A DNA stretch of 32,000 nucleotides from Candidatus Saccharimonadota bacterium. Its GTDB lineage: Bacteria; Patescibacteriota; Saccharimonadia; Saccharimonadales; Saccharimonadaceae. Location of the stretch: the NCBI GenBank assembly GCA_020160975.1, contig JAIUPJ010000001.1, positions 630,001 to 662,000 of the forward strand, given 5' to 3'. The notes below the pieces were generated by a model. The model saw nothing but the letters and a program-made list of their open reading frames with translations. It searched no databases and was not told the origin of the DNA. The position numbers and the translations under genes were made by a program. The first letter of the stretch is position 1, and each line of letters begins with the position of its first letter. This document shows, in pieces, positions 8,518-16,285 of the stretch.

Positions 8518-8649
8518 ACCACCAATGACATACACTGGTCGCGTCAACAATAGTAATTAACGGGTCGGCAGAGGAGCACACGGCGCGCTTTTCTGTGGAT
8601 ACGACCCTGCTATCAGCTGAAATCGACAATCTAAATGAGGACTTACAAC

Positions 8650-10389
8650 ATGAAACGAACTGTTGCAATCGAAGTGCCACTGCGCATAGGCGAGCAGATT
8701 ACTATCAGCGGTTGGGTGCATTCACGCCGCGATCACGGAGGATTGATATTTATTGATGTGCGTGACCATACGGGTATCCTGCAGCTTGTGATTAACCCTG
8801 AGCATGCCGAGAGCTTCAAAGTGGCCGAGGAACTACGTGATGAGTTTGTTATCAAAGCTAGTGGCAACGTGCGCGAACGCGAAGGCCATTTGAAGAACGA
8901 CAAAATTCCCACTGGCTCAATCGAACTGGCAGTAAAAGAATTGACGATTCTCAACCGCGCCGAGACATTACCGATTCAGCCGTTTGCTGAAGCCCAGGCC
9001 AACGAAGAACTACGTCTCAAATATCGCTATCTTGACCTACGCCGGCCAGCCGTGCAAAAAAACCTAAAAAAGCGCGCTGCCTACTACAAATTTATGCGTG
9101 ACTACATGGAGACGCACGATTTCACCGAGATCACCACGCCAATTCTCGCTAACAGCAGCCCAGAAGGCGCGCGCGACTTTCTGGTGCCAAGCCGTGTTCA
9201 TGAAGGCAAGTTCTATGCGTTGCCGCAAGCTCCGCAGCAGTTCAAACAGCTACTGATGGTTGGCGGTGTGCCGCGCTACTACCAAATCGCCACTTGCTTC
9301 CGAGATGAGGACCCACGGGCAGACCGTCTTTATGGTGACTTTTATCAGCTTGACCTCGAGATGGCGTTTGTCGAAGACGGCGAAGAAGTCCGGACCGAAA
9401 TGGAACCACTCATCAAGTCTCTCGTGACCGATTTTGCCGGCAAGACCTTGAAGTTTGGCGATGAAGTACCGCGGATTTCCTATGCAGAAGCGATGGAGAC
9501 GTACGGTAGCGACAAACCAGATCTACGATTCGATATGAAGCTCACTGAACTAACCGATGTGTTTGCAAACACTGAGTTCGGTGTGTTCAAAAACGCCGAA
9601 TGTGTCAAAGCAATTTGCGTTAAAAATGGCGCCAGCCTCAGTCGTTCACAAATCGATAGCTTCACCGAGATTGCCAAAAGTGAAGGCGCCGGAGGACTCG
9701 CCTATATCACCTACGAAAACGGTGAAGCCAAGAGTCCGATTGCAAAGTTCCTTAGCGCAGAAGAGCTTGCGGCTGTCAAAGAGCGGCTTGGTGCAGGTAA
9801 TGGTGATGCGATATTCTTTGGAGCCGACAAGCGTATGATTGTAAATGCCGTGCTCGGCAAGCTACGCAGTGAATTTGCAACACACTTTGATCTCAAAGAT
9901 TCAAATGTCGTGGCACTCGCTTGGATTATTGATTTTCCATTCTACGAATTCGATGCCAAGACTCAGAAGATGGACTTTGGCCACAACCCATTTAGCATGC
10001 CAAAAGGCGGCATGAAGACGCTCGAAGAAACCGAGAACAAACTCGACATCGTAGCCGATCAGTACGACATGGTGATGAATGGCTATGAAATTTGTAGCGG
10101 TGGTGTGCGCAACCACAATCCTGAAGTGCTCTACAAAGTTTTCGGGTTACTCGACTTTAGCCCCGAGTATGTTGAAGAGAAGTTTGGCGCCATGCTGAAC
10201 GCCTTTAAATTCGGTGCACCCCCACACGCTGGCTGCGCGTTTGGTGTCGACCGCATCTTTATGGTGCTCACAGGCGAAGAGAATATTCGTGAAGTTGTGG
10301 CGTTTCCAAAAAACGGCAGCGGCGTCGACGTTATGATGAACAGTCCAAGTGTCGTCGAACCAGCTCAGCTTAAAGAATTAGGATTATAA
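8650..10389 (+). CDS. aspS: aspartate--tRNA ligase, bacterial type with GAD insertion domain
   Basis: Class II motifs FRDEDPRADR, the QLDLEMAF region and GGVRNH...GAPPHAGCAFGVDR, plus an N-terminal OB fold. Start moved to ATG 8650 (MKRTVAIEV), which has a GAGGA SD 8 nt upstream. ATG 8635 lies inside that SD. Confidence 0.95.
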   Translation: MKRTVAIEVPLRIGEQITISGWVHSRRDHGGLIFIDVRDHTGILQLVINPEHAESFKVAEELRDEFVIKASGNVREREGHLKNDKIPTGSIELAVKELTILNRAETLPIQPFAEAQANEELRLKYRYLDLRRPAVQKNLKKRAAYYKFMRDYMETHDFTEITTPILANSSPEGARDFLVPSRVHEGKFYALPQAPQQFKQLLMVGGVPRYYQIATCFRDEDPRADRLYGDFYQLDLEMAFVEDGEEVRTEMEPLIKSLVTDFAGKTLKFGDEVPRISYAEAMETYGSDKPDLRFDMKLTELTDVFANTEFGVFKNAECVKAICVKNGASLSRSQIDSFTEIAKSEGAGGLAYITYENGEAKSPIAKFLSAEELAAVKERLGAGNGDAIFFGADKRMIVNAVLGKLRSEFATHFDLKDSNVVALAWIIDFPFYEFDAKTQKMDFGHNPFSMPKGGMKTLEETENKLDIVADQYDMVMNGYEICSGGVRNHNPEVLYKVFGLLDFSPEYVEEKFGAMLNAFKFGAPPHAGCAFGVDRIFMVLTGEENIREVVAFPKNGSGVDVMMNSPSVVEPAQLKELGL

Positions 10390-10390
10390 T

Positions 10391-10903
10391 ATCGCAAAGC
10401 AAGCTTATCTCATAACCGGCATTGCGGGGAGCGGTAAATCCACGCTGTGTAGGGAGTTTGAGAAGCTTGGGGTTATGGCGCTTGACATCGATAAGGGTTT
10501 TGCGCGCTGGGTGAATCGCGAGACAGGTGAGACAGCTCCCTATTCGACGGATGAACCGATGATAGTACATCATGATTGGCTGGCCGATGCTGAAAAGATG
10601 CAACACGCTATCGACCAAGAAAATGTTCCAGTGTGGTTTTTTGGATCGGCACACAATCTGCATACTTTTCAGGACATGTTCAAGCACGTATTTTTACTGA
10701 GCTATCCAAACGAAGATGCTATTCGTCATCGCATTCTGACGAGAGCTGAGAATGACTATGGCAAGGCACCCGGTGAGCTTGATGGCATCATTGGATACTG
10801 GAAAAGCTACGAACAAAATTTTGAAAATATGGGGACAACAGTTATTGACTGCACACTGCCGGTAGAGAAGATTATCGAAAAGATTCGAGAAGTTGCCTCC
10901 TAG
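10391..10903 (+). CDS. P-loop NTPase / nucleoside-monophosphate-kinase-like protein, apparent ATC start
   Basis: The Walker A motif ITGIAGSGKST is encoded at 10412-10444, upstream of the track start ATG 10475. The frame opens at 10382 after TAG, and no ATG, GTG or TTG precedes the P-loop. ATC 10391 has an AGGA SD 7 nt upstream and lies 1 nt after the aspS stop. Confidence 0.6.
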   Translation: MAKQAYLITGIAGSGKSTLCREFEKLGVMALDIDKGFARWVNRETGETAPYSTDEPMIVHHDWLADAEKMQHAIDQENVPVWFFGSAHNLHTFQDMFKHVFLLSYPNEDAIRHRILTRAENDYGKAPGELDGIIGYWKSYEQNFENMGTTVIDCTLPVEKIIEKIREVAS

Positions 10904-11436
10904 CTACTACGAAGTGCTCTCAGTATCGAGATATCGCGTAACTTCATCATCTCGAGTCCGATTTGGCTACCATCTTCGTCTGTCAATGAGCCATTCTCGA
11001 TCCATGCAATTGCTTCATCGATAGAGTCTGCCCATTGAATATTCATGCCTTCGTCTGACTCTTTCTTTGTAGGTTTCGTGCCCACAAAGTCGGAGACTTT
11101 TGCGGTGAAGCAAAAGGAAGTTTGGTGCATACCACAAAAATACCGATCTTCTTTCACGATGCCGAGTTTCTCGATATTCTCGATGAGATATCCCGTTTCC
11201 TCCTCAATTTCTCTACGCAGTGCAGCAATGATTTCTTCACCATCATCAATACCACCACCAGGTAGTTTGTAGAAACCTGTTTTGGTAAAGTTCATGACGG
11301 CTATTTGGTTTTTGTCATTGAGAAGTACAGCGCGTGCGGCCAGGCGTGTCCAAGAAATATCACTATCGGCTTTATCAAAAAGTCCTAGTTCATGTTGGTT
11401 GAGTGCGGCGATAACCGGTGACTTATATTCGTTCAT
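10900..11436 (-). CDS. NUDIX hydrolase
   Basis: Canonical Nudix box GGGIDDGEEIIAALRREIEEETGY. Confidence 0.85.
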   Translation of the reverse strand: MNEYKSPVIAALNQHELGLFDKADSDISWTRLAARAVLLNDKNQIAVMNFTKTGFYKLPGGGIDDGEEIIAALRREIEEETGYLIENIEKLGIVKEDRYFCGMHQTSFCFTAKVSDFVGTKPTKKESDEGMNIQWADSIDEAIAWIENGSLTDEDGSQIGLEMMKLRDISILRALRSS

Positions 11437-12031
11437 ACTTAGCTCCTACTTTTTCAGCGGCAGTGCGTATCCATGTATCGACAAAGCCTTTACCTGCCTC
11501 AGTAAGAATCGCGTCATGCGTAGGGAAAGCTCGTTCGGGTTTGACATACGTCAGGAAGTCCATGCCTTCGCTCGTTTTCATCCATGGGGCAGCGATAGGA
11601 AGTGCGAGTGTTTTAATTGGCATACCCGGTTCAACAAATGAATCACCCGGGTAGTACACCTCGCCATTATCGATGAGCACACCGATATTCTGGCACGTCG
11701 GCGTATCTGGATGAATGAGCGCGTGGTCACCACCTGTAAAGGCAAGCGTGAAATCGCCAACAGTTCGAGTGTCACCAGTCTTTATTGCTTCTGCCTCAAG
11801 ACTAAATTCTCTCATCGCTTCCACTGCATCGGCTGGTGCAAAAAGTGGTATACCGGGCATACGGGTGAGGTGCTCTACACTCCAATGGTCGCCATGCAAA
11901 TGAGTAACAACAATACCGACCACATTTTCCGGCGGGGTAAAGTCTGGCGATAGTTCACCCGGGTCGACAACAATCGACTGGCCGTTCTTGGTGGCAACAA
12001 AGCACGCATGTCCAAATTTTATGAGTTCCAT
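11423..12031 (-). CDS. MBL-fold metallo-hydrolase
   Basis: HxHxDH motif (VVTHLHGDHW) with later His/Asp ligands. The 3' end overlaps the Nudix start by 14 nt. Confidence 0.85.
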   Translation of the reverse strand: MELIKFGHACFVATKNGQSIVVDPGELSPDFTPPENVVGIVVTHLHGDHWSVEHLTRMPGIPLFAPADAVEAMREFSLEAEAIKTGDTRTVGDFTLAFTGGDHALIHPDTPTCQNIGVLIDNGEVYYPGDSFVEPGMPIKTLALPIAAPWMKTSEGMDFLTYVKPERAFPTHDAILTEAGKGFVDTWIRTAAEKVGAKYERI

Positions 12032-12036
12032 ATGAT

Positions 12037-12690
12037 CTATTTTACTCTACCTTTCTCCGGTTCTTTTTCCGGCTTATTATCAAGTGACTTCCATAAATAC
12101 CAGCAGGCAATTGATTCATATGGGTGCCATGAGTTTTCTACAGCAACCTGGCGCATCTCATCAACTGTCGGTGCTTTTTTAAAAGCATACTGTCTCCACA
12201 TCGCATTACGAATGCCCAGATCACCAGTAGCGAATACATCGAGACGCCCCATGCAAAATATCAAAAACATATGTACAGTCCACTCCCCGATACCCTTCAC
12301 AGCCGTCAGCTCAGCGATAACTTCTTCGTTGCTTAGTGAATCGAGGTGGTCAAACTTCACGGTGCCGTCGAGAATATGCATCGCAAGGTCCTGGATGTAG
12401 CGAATCTTTTGAAAACTGAGTCCGCAGGCACGTAGTGGTTCAGGCTTTGTCTGGATAATTTCATCTGGAGAAGGAAAGTGGCCAAAATGATCAACGAATC
12501 GTCCAAAAATTGTTGCAGCTGCCTTGACGCTAAGTTGCTGGCTGATAATGCTTTCGACCAGCTCTCGGTAATAATTCTTGTGCGGCATGAATGTGGGTAA
12601 CGAGAAACGCGCGATCAGCTCTGCGAGTCGCACATCGTGACCAGACAGCCAGTCGGTGCCTTGCTGGAGTTCGATTTCCCATTTGCTCAT
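12037..12690 (-). CDS. HhH-GPD DNA glycosylase, AlkA-like (DNA-3-methyladenine glycosylase II)
   Basis: The helix-hairpin-helix LTAVKGIGEWTVHMFLIF is followed by the catalytic-Asp region GDLGIRNA. Size and layout are typical of the short AlkA family. Confidence 0.8.
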   Translation of the reverse strand: MSKWEIELQQGTDWLSGHDVRLAELIARFSLPTFMPHKNYYRELVESIISQQLSVKAAATIFGRFVDHFGHFPSPDEIIQTKPEPLRACGLSFQKIRYIQDLAMHILDGTVKFDHLDSLSNEEVIAELTAVKGIGEWTVHMFLIFCMGRLDVFATGDLGIRNAMWRQYAFKKAPTVDEMRQVAVENSWHPYESIACWYLWKSLDNKPEKEPEKGRVK

Positions 12691-12696
12691 GAGATT

Positions 12697-12704
12697 AGTA
12701 TACT
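12697..12704. promoter_or_regulatory. palindromic AGTATACT giving overlapping -10 hexamers for two divergent genes
   Basis: TATACT on the + strand (12699-12704) lies 6 nt before ATG 12711. TATACT on the - strand (12702-12697) lies 6 nt before ATG 12690. Confidence 0.5.
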
Positions 12705-12710
12705 AACAGT

Positions 12711-12956
12711 ATGACAACAAAAAAGAAACAAACTAAAAAATCTCAATCAAATGTGTGGTTCCGCCAGTTGCGCGGCAGTTACATCCCCATTCACTGGAAG
12801 GGTTGGCTGACGTATGTCCCCTACATTGCCTATTTGTACTTTACATATATGTTACTCGTGCCAAATCGGCCCCTTCCTGATACGATACTATTTCTGATTC
12901 CATATTGGGTTGCGGGCGTGATCATCATGCATTGGGTTGCCAAACAAAAAAGCTAG
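12711..12956 (+). CDS. hypothetical small membrane protein (2 TM)
   Basis: 81 aa with a Lys-rich N-terminus and then two hydrophobic segments. The -10 box is at leaderless spacing. Confidence 0.5.
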   Translation: MTTKKKQTKKSQSNVWFRQLRGSYIPIHWKGWLTYVPYIAYLYFTYMLLVPNRPLPDTILFLIPYWVAGVIIMHWVAKQKS

Positions 12957-13606
12957 CGACGCACATGTCTATCGAGAAAGTGAGAGTGAAAAAGCCAGTA
13001 GCTCCCCAAGATGCATAGTGCAAATGCTAGTGTAACAATTGCGAGATGCATAAAGCCAGCTGGCAGCAAGATAACCAAAACAATATCACGAATTAATGCA
13101 AACGGATGCACTAGAACATCCCAGCTGTTCCAGCGTAACTCACGACCGATAAAGATAGCAAACCCACAGAGAACTGCAGTACCAATCAGCGCGCTGAGCC
13201 GTAACCACGTAGCGAACCTACTAAAGAGGCGTTGATCGATCTGCCATAGGCTAAGTAGTCCCAGCATAAACGCCGGAAAAATTGTCGTTGCGAGCACAAT
13301 AGTGTCTAGGGTTTGACTGCGGCGTACCTGGTCGTTGATATGGATAATGTCGGTGATGACATAAAAGGTATTTGGTAAAAATATAAGCCAACACGTAAAA
13401 AGGAGTACTTTTGCGTAGGTTGGCCAGCGTTTTTTGACGACAAAAAGACACGAAAAGATCACAGGAACCCATGCCAGGAAAAGATTCCACGGCAAATACC
13501 AAAATTCGAGCGAGCGGTTGATGGCCATATCTACTGCCACGAAGCACAGTGCGATACAGCTTGCCAGGCCAAGCAAGCGAAGTAGATGGGTTTCGTGACG
13601 AGTCAT
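12953..13606 (-). CDS. DUF1361-family membrane protein
   Basis: Motifs NTFYVITDIIHI and GRELRWNSWDVLVHP in a polytopic protein. Track ORF trimmed to ATG 13606 (MTRHETH), which has TATACT 7 nt upstream. Confidence 0.75.
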   Translation of the reverse strand: MTRHETHLLRLLGLASCIALCFVAVDMAINRSLEFWYLPWNLFLAWVPVIFSCLFVVKKRWPTYAKVLLFTCWLIFLPNTFYVITDIIHINDQVRRSQTLDTIVLATTIFPAFMLGLLSLWQIDQRLFSRFATWLRLSALIGTAVLCGFAIFIGRELRWNSWDVLVHPFALIRDIVLVILLPAGFMHLAIVTLAFALCILGSYWLFHSHFLDRHVRR

Positions 13607-13654
13607 AGTTCTTAGTATAGTCGACAGAGGAGGGCAGAGGTATACTTGAGTGAG

Positions 13655-14446
13655 ATGAAATACGAAGAGTTCGAGAATCTTGTCTGGCAACACGGCAAAG
13701 AATTGTACCGCGAGATGCCATGGCGTGATGACCCGAGCTTTTATCATGTGCTGGTGAGTGAAATTATGCTACAGCAAACCCAGGTGCCGCGGGTGCTGGT
13801 GAAATTTGCCGAATGTATGAAGCAATTTCCAAGTATCGAAGAGCTAGCTGCAGCAAAGCTGGCGGACGTCCTACGTGTCTGGCAAGGGCTCGGCTACAAT
13901 CGTCGCGCGAAGTATTTGCATGAAACAGTTAAACAGATCGTTGCTACTGGCCAACCTAATACACTAGGAGAGCTGGTGAAGCTGCCTGGCGTAGGTAAGA
14001 ACACGGCTGCTGCCATCATGAACTATGTCTATGAGGTGCCAACGGCATTTGTCGAAACGAATATCCGCACGGTATATTTTCATCATTTTTTTCAGCATCG
14101 CACCGATGTTACAGACAAAGAAGTACGAGAGATTGTAGAGGCAACGATTGATCGCGAACATCCGCGTGAGTGGTTTTGGGCACTGATGGATTATGGCTCG
14201 GCGCTGAAATCACAAGGGCGCGGAAGTCTCGATAGGAGTAAGCATTACAAGAAGCAGCCACCACTCGCGGGAAGTGTGCGAGAGATGCGCGGGCGGATTG
14301 TACGGGCACTTGCTAATGGCAGGCAGGAGCGAGAGCTGCTTGCGGTAGCAGTCGCTGCTGATAATCGGTTCTCATTGGCGCTCAATGGACTCATAAAGGA
14401 CGGCCTCGTTACTATCGATGGTACAGCGGTGTATTTGACCAGTTAG
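13655..14446 (+). CDS. HhH-GPD glycosylase of the MutY/Nth lineage lacking the Fe-S cluster cysteines
   Basis: EIMLQQTQVPRV, WQGLGYNRRAKYL and LPGVGKNTAAAIM are MutY/EndoIII-like. Only one Cys (Cys49) occurs in the protein and none lies downstream of the HhH, where the Cx6Cx2Cx5C loop would be. Start taken as ATG 13655, 8 nt after TATACT. The track uses TTG 13646. Confidence 0.75.
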   Translation: MKYEEFENLVWQHGKELYREMPWRDDPSFYHVLVSEIMLQQTQVPRVLVKFAECMKQFPSIEELAAAKLADVLRVWQGLGYNRRAKYLHETVKQIVATGQPNTLGELVKLPGVGKNTAAAIMNYVYEVPTAFVETNIRTVYFHHFFQHRTDVTDKEVREIVEATIDREHPREWFWALMDYGSALKSQGRGSLDRSKHYKKQPPLAGSVREMRGRIVRALANGRQERELLAVAVAADNRFSLALNGLIKDGLVTIDGTAVYLTS

Positions 14447-14473
14447 CCCTTGTGGCCCATAATACATACGAAG

Positions 14474-15022
14474 ATGCAAAAGAAGATTGCTGTTATCATC
14501 GCGCTGGCGCTGGCATTTGCTAGCCCAGTTGTTAGAGCTGAAGATTCGAGTTCACTTTTGCTCACCGATGATCAGATTGGTCTGATTCGCACCAATTGTC
14601 TTGGTGTGCAGTCGACGCTGCAGCGAATTCATGCAAATGACGCCCTGGCACGATTCAACCTTGGTCAGCAATACAACATAATTTCGACAAAATTGATGGC
14701 ACCGATGAATAGTCGTGTTGCACTGAGCAAGATTGATGGCGTTGCACTCTTGCAGGCAACGGTTGATTTTAACGCTCAGTACGACCAATTTGATTCGATG
14801 TACCAACAATACGAAACGACACTGCAGCGATCGCTAAAGCTGAACTGCAAAGATCAGCCGGTCGCATTTTTTGATACTGTATCTATGGCGCGTGAGCATC
14901 GGGCAGCCGTGAGATCGTCAATCAACAAGCTCAACCAACTCCTCATCGAATACCGCGCCCATGTTGTTGCTATCCAGTCATCAGTGATCTCACCCGGTGT
15001 GACCAAGGAGCCCGCACAATGA
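14474..15022 (+). CDS. hypothetical secreted protein
   Basis: Signal peptide MQKKIAVIIALALAFASPVVRA/ED, then a helical Gln-rich protein. Track start TTG 14450 trimmed. Confidence 0.55.
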   Translation: MQKKIAVIIALALAFASPVVRAEDSSSLLLTDDQIGLIRTNCLGVQSTLQRIHANDALARFNLGQQYNIISTKLMAPMNSRVALSKIDGVALLQATVDFNAQYDQFDSMYQQYETTLQRSLKLNCKDQPVAFFDTVSMAREHRAAVRSSINKLNQLLIEYRAHVVAIQSSVISPGVTKEPAQ

Positions 15023-15417
15023 GCATCGACGAGCTCCGCAGCGACGCGGCTGTCATGACACATTGGGAGCGCCATCGTTTTTTTGGGTTGATTGTTAGCG
15101 TGATTGTGGTTGCGGTATTTCTTGTCAGCGTGGCGCTCAGTCTGTACAACAATAGCGGCGCAGCGCAACTTGATCTCAGCCGACCTGGTTACCAGGACGT
15201 CCGGGCGCAGGCAAAACGCGACACAACTACAGCAGCGTTTCCTGCAACAGGCACACTCGATAAGGCAGCATTTGAGCAATTTTTGAAGCTCTATGACAGT
15301 AGAGCTACAAAAGTATCGTCAGTCGATAGCTTTGATGAGGGAGCACTCAGCGAAGAGTCGCTGCAGCTTATGCGCGAACAGCAGCCAGCTGAAGACCCAG
15401 TCTCTGTTGCTCCCTAA
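15019..15417 (+). CDS. hypothetical single-pass membrane protein
   Basis: ATGA start/stop overlap with the upstream gene. One TM segment (FFGLIVSVIVVAVFLVSVALSLY) and an acidic C-terminal tail. Confidence 0.5.
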   Translation: MSIDELRSDAAVMTHWERHRFFGLIVSVIVVAVFLVSVALSLYNNSGAAQLDLSRPGYQDVRAQAKRDTTTAAFPATGTLDKAAFEQFLKLYDSRATKVSSVDSFDEGALSEESLQLMREQQPAEDPVSVAP

Positions 15418-15418
15418 A

Positions 15419-16252
15419 TTAATGTTTCTTTTTGTGTGACGTCGTGATTTGCGCCGTCGGAACAGTGCCGATCATTATGCCTTCTTTTTCGAATAACTCA
15501 AGAATACGCTGTCGCATTTCGGCGACTACTGCCCACTGATCGCTGGGCTGTGTCTTGCCGGTGATGATTAAGGTCACAGCCGTGGCGGTGAATTCTCCCA
15601 TCATCACGTAGTGCGGTGCTTCGAGAATCTTGTCTCTCCAATCAGGTTCTTCAGACAGTGCAAGACCTAGATTGTTAATGAATTTCGCCGCCCTATCGAT
15701 ATCGGTCTCAGGCGCCACGGCAATAGTGAAACGTGCCATACTGTAACCCATGGTTTTGTTGATAACGTGCTGCACCATGCCATTGGGAAAATAATGCACA
15801 TTGCCATCAACATCGCGGATGACGGTCGAGCGAAAGCCGATACGTTCGACCGTGCCACTAAAGCCATCGATTTCGATCACATCACCAACGCGAAATTGAT
15901 TTTCGGAAATAATGAAGATACCGCTCAAGAAATCCTTGATCAACGATTGCGCGCCAAAGCCAAGCGCGACGCCGACTATACCCGCACTCGCAAATAGTGG
16001 GGCGAGGACATCTGTCGCAAAAAATAGCCTACTAATGGCGTAGACGCTCCCTGCAACCACAAGAATACGCCAAATATTGGTCAGCATTGCGCCAATCGTA
16101 CGCTGCCGCTTCTCCAGATCTTTTTTGTGCAAGGTGCGCTGGTAGGCAGTGACAAAGACATGCTGCATGAGCCAATTGACAACATACGGTCCAGCCCAAT
16201 AGAGTGCGAGTCCAACGAATACGATGAGTGCAAGTGAAGGGATTTTTTCCAT
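15419..16252 (-). CDS. small-conductance mechanosensitive channel (MscS family)
   Basis: Three N-terminal TM segments, then the MscS beta-domain pattern FRVGDVIEIDGFSGTVERIGFRSTVIRDVDGNVHYFPNG. Confidence 0.85.
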   Translation of the reverse strand: MEKIPSLALIVFVGLALYWAGPYVVNWLMQHVFVTAYQRTLHKKDLEKRQRTIGAMLTNIWRILVVAGSVYAISRLFFATDVLAPLFASAGIVGVALGFGAQSLIKDFLSGIFIISENQFRVGDVIEIDGFSGTVERIGFRSTVIRDVDGNVHYFPNGMVQHVINKTMGYSMARFTIAVAPETDIDRAAKFINNLGLALSEEPDWRDKILEAPHYVMMGEFTATAVTLIITGKTQPSDQWAVVAEMRQRILELFEKEGIMIGTVPTAQITTSHKKKH

Positions 16253-16285
16253 GTTACTAGTGTAGCAGAATAGTACTTATGTTTT

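Noticed and set aside
8524-8649. T-box or other riboswitch in the ~125-nt aspS leader.
   Set aside because: The leader is too short for a T-box. It has no AGGGUGGNACCGCG T-box sequence and no specifier-loop architecture. Only a 6-bp GGGTCG/CGACCC stem (8564-8608) is visible.
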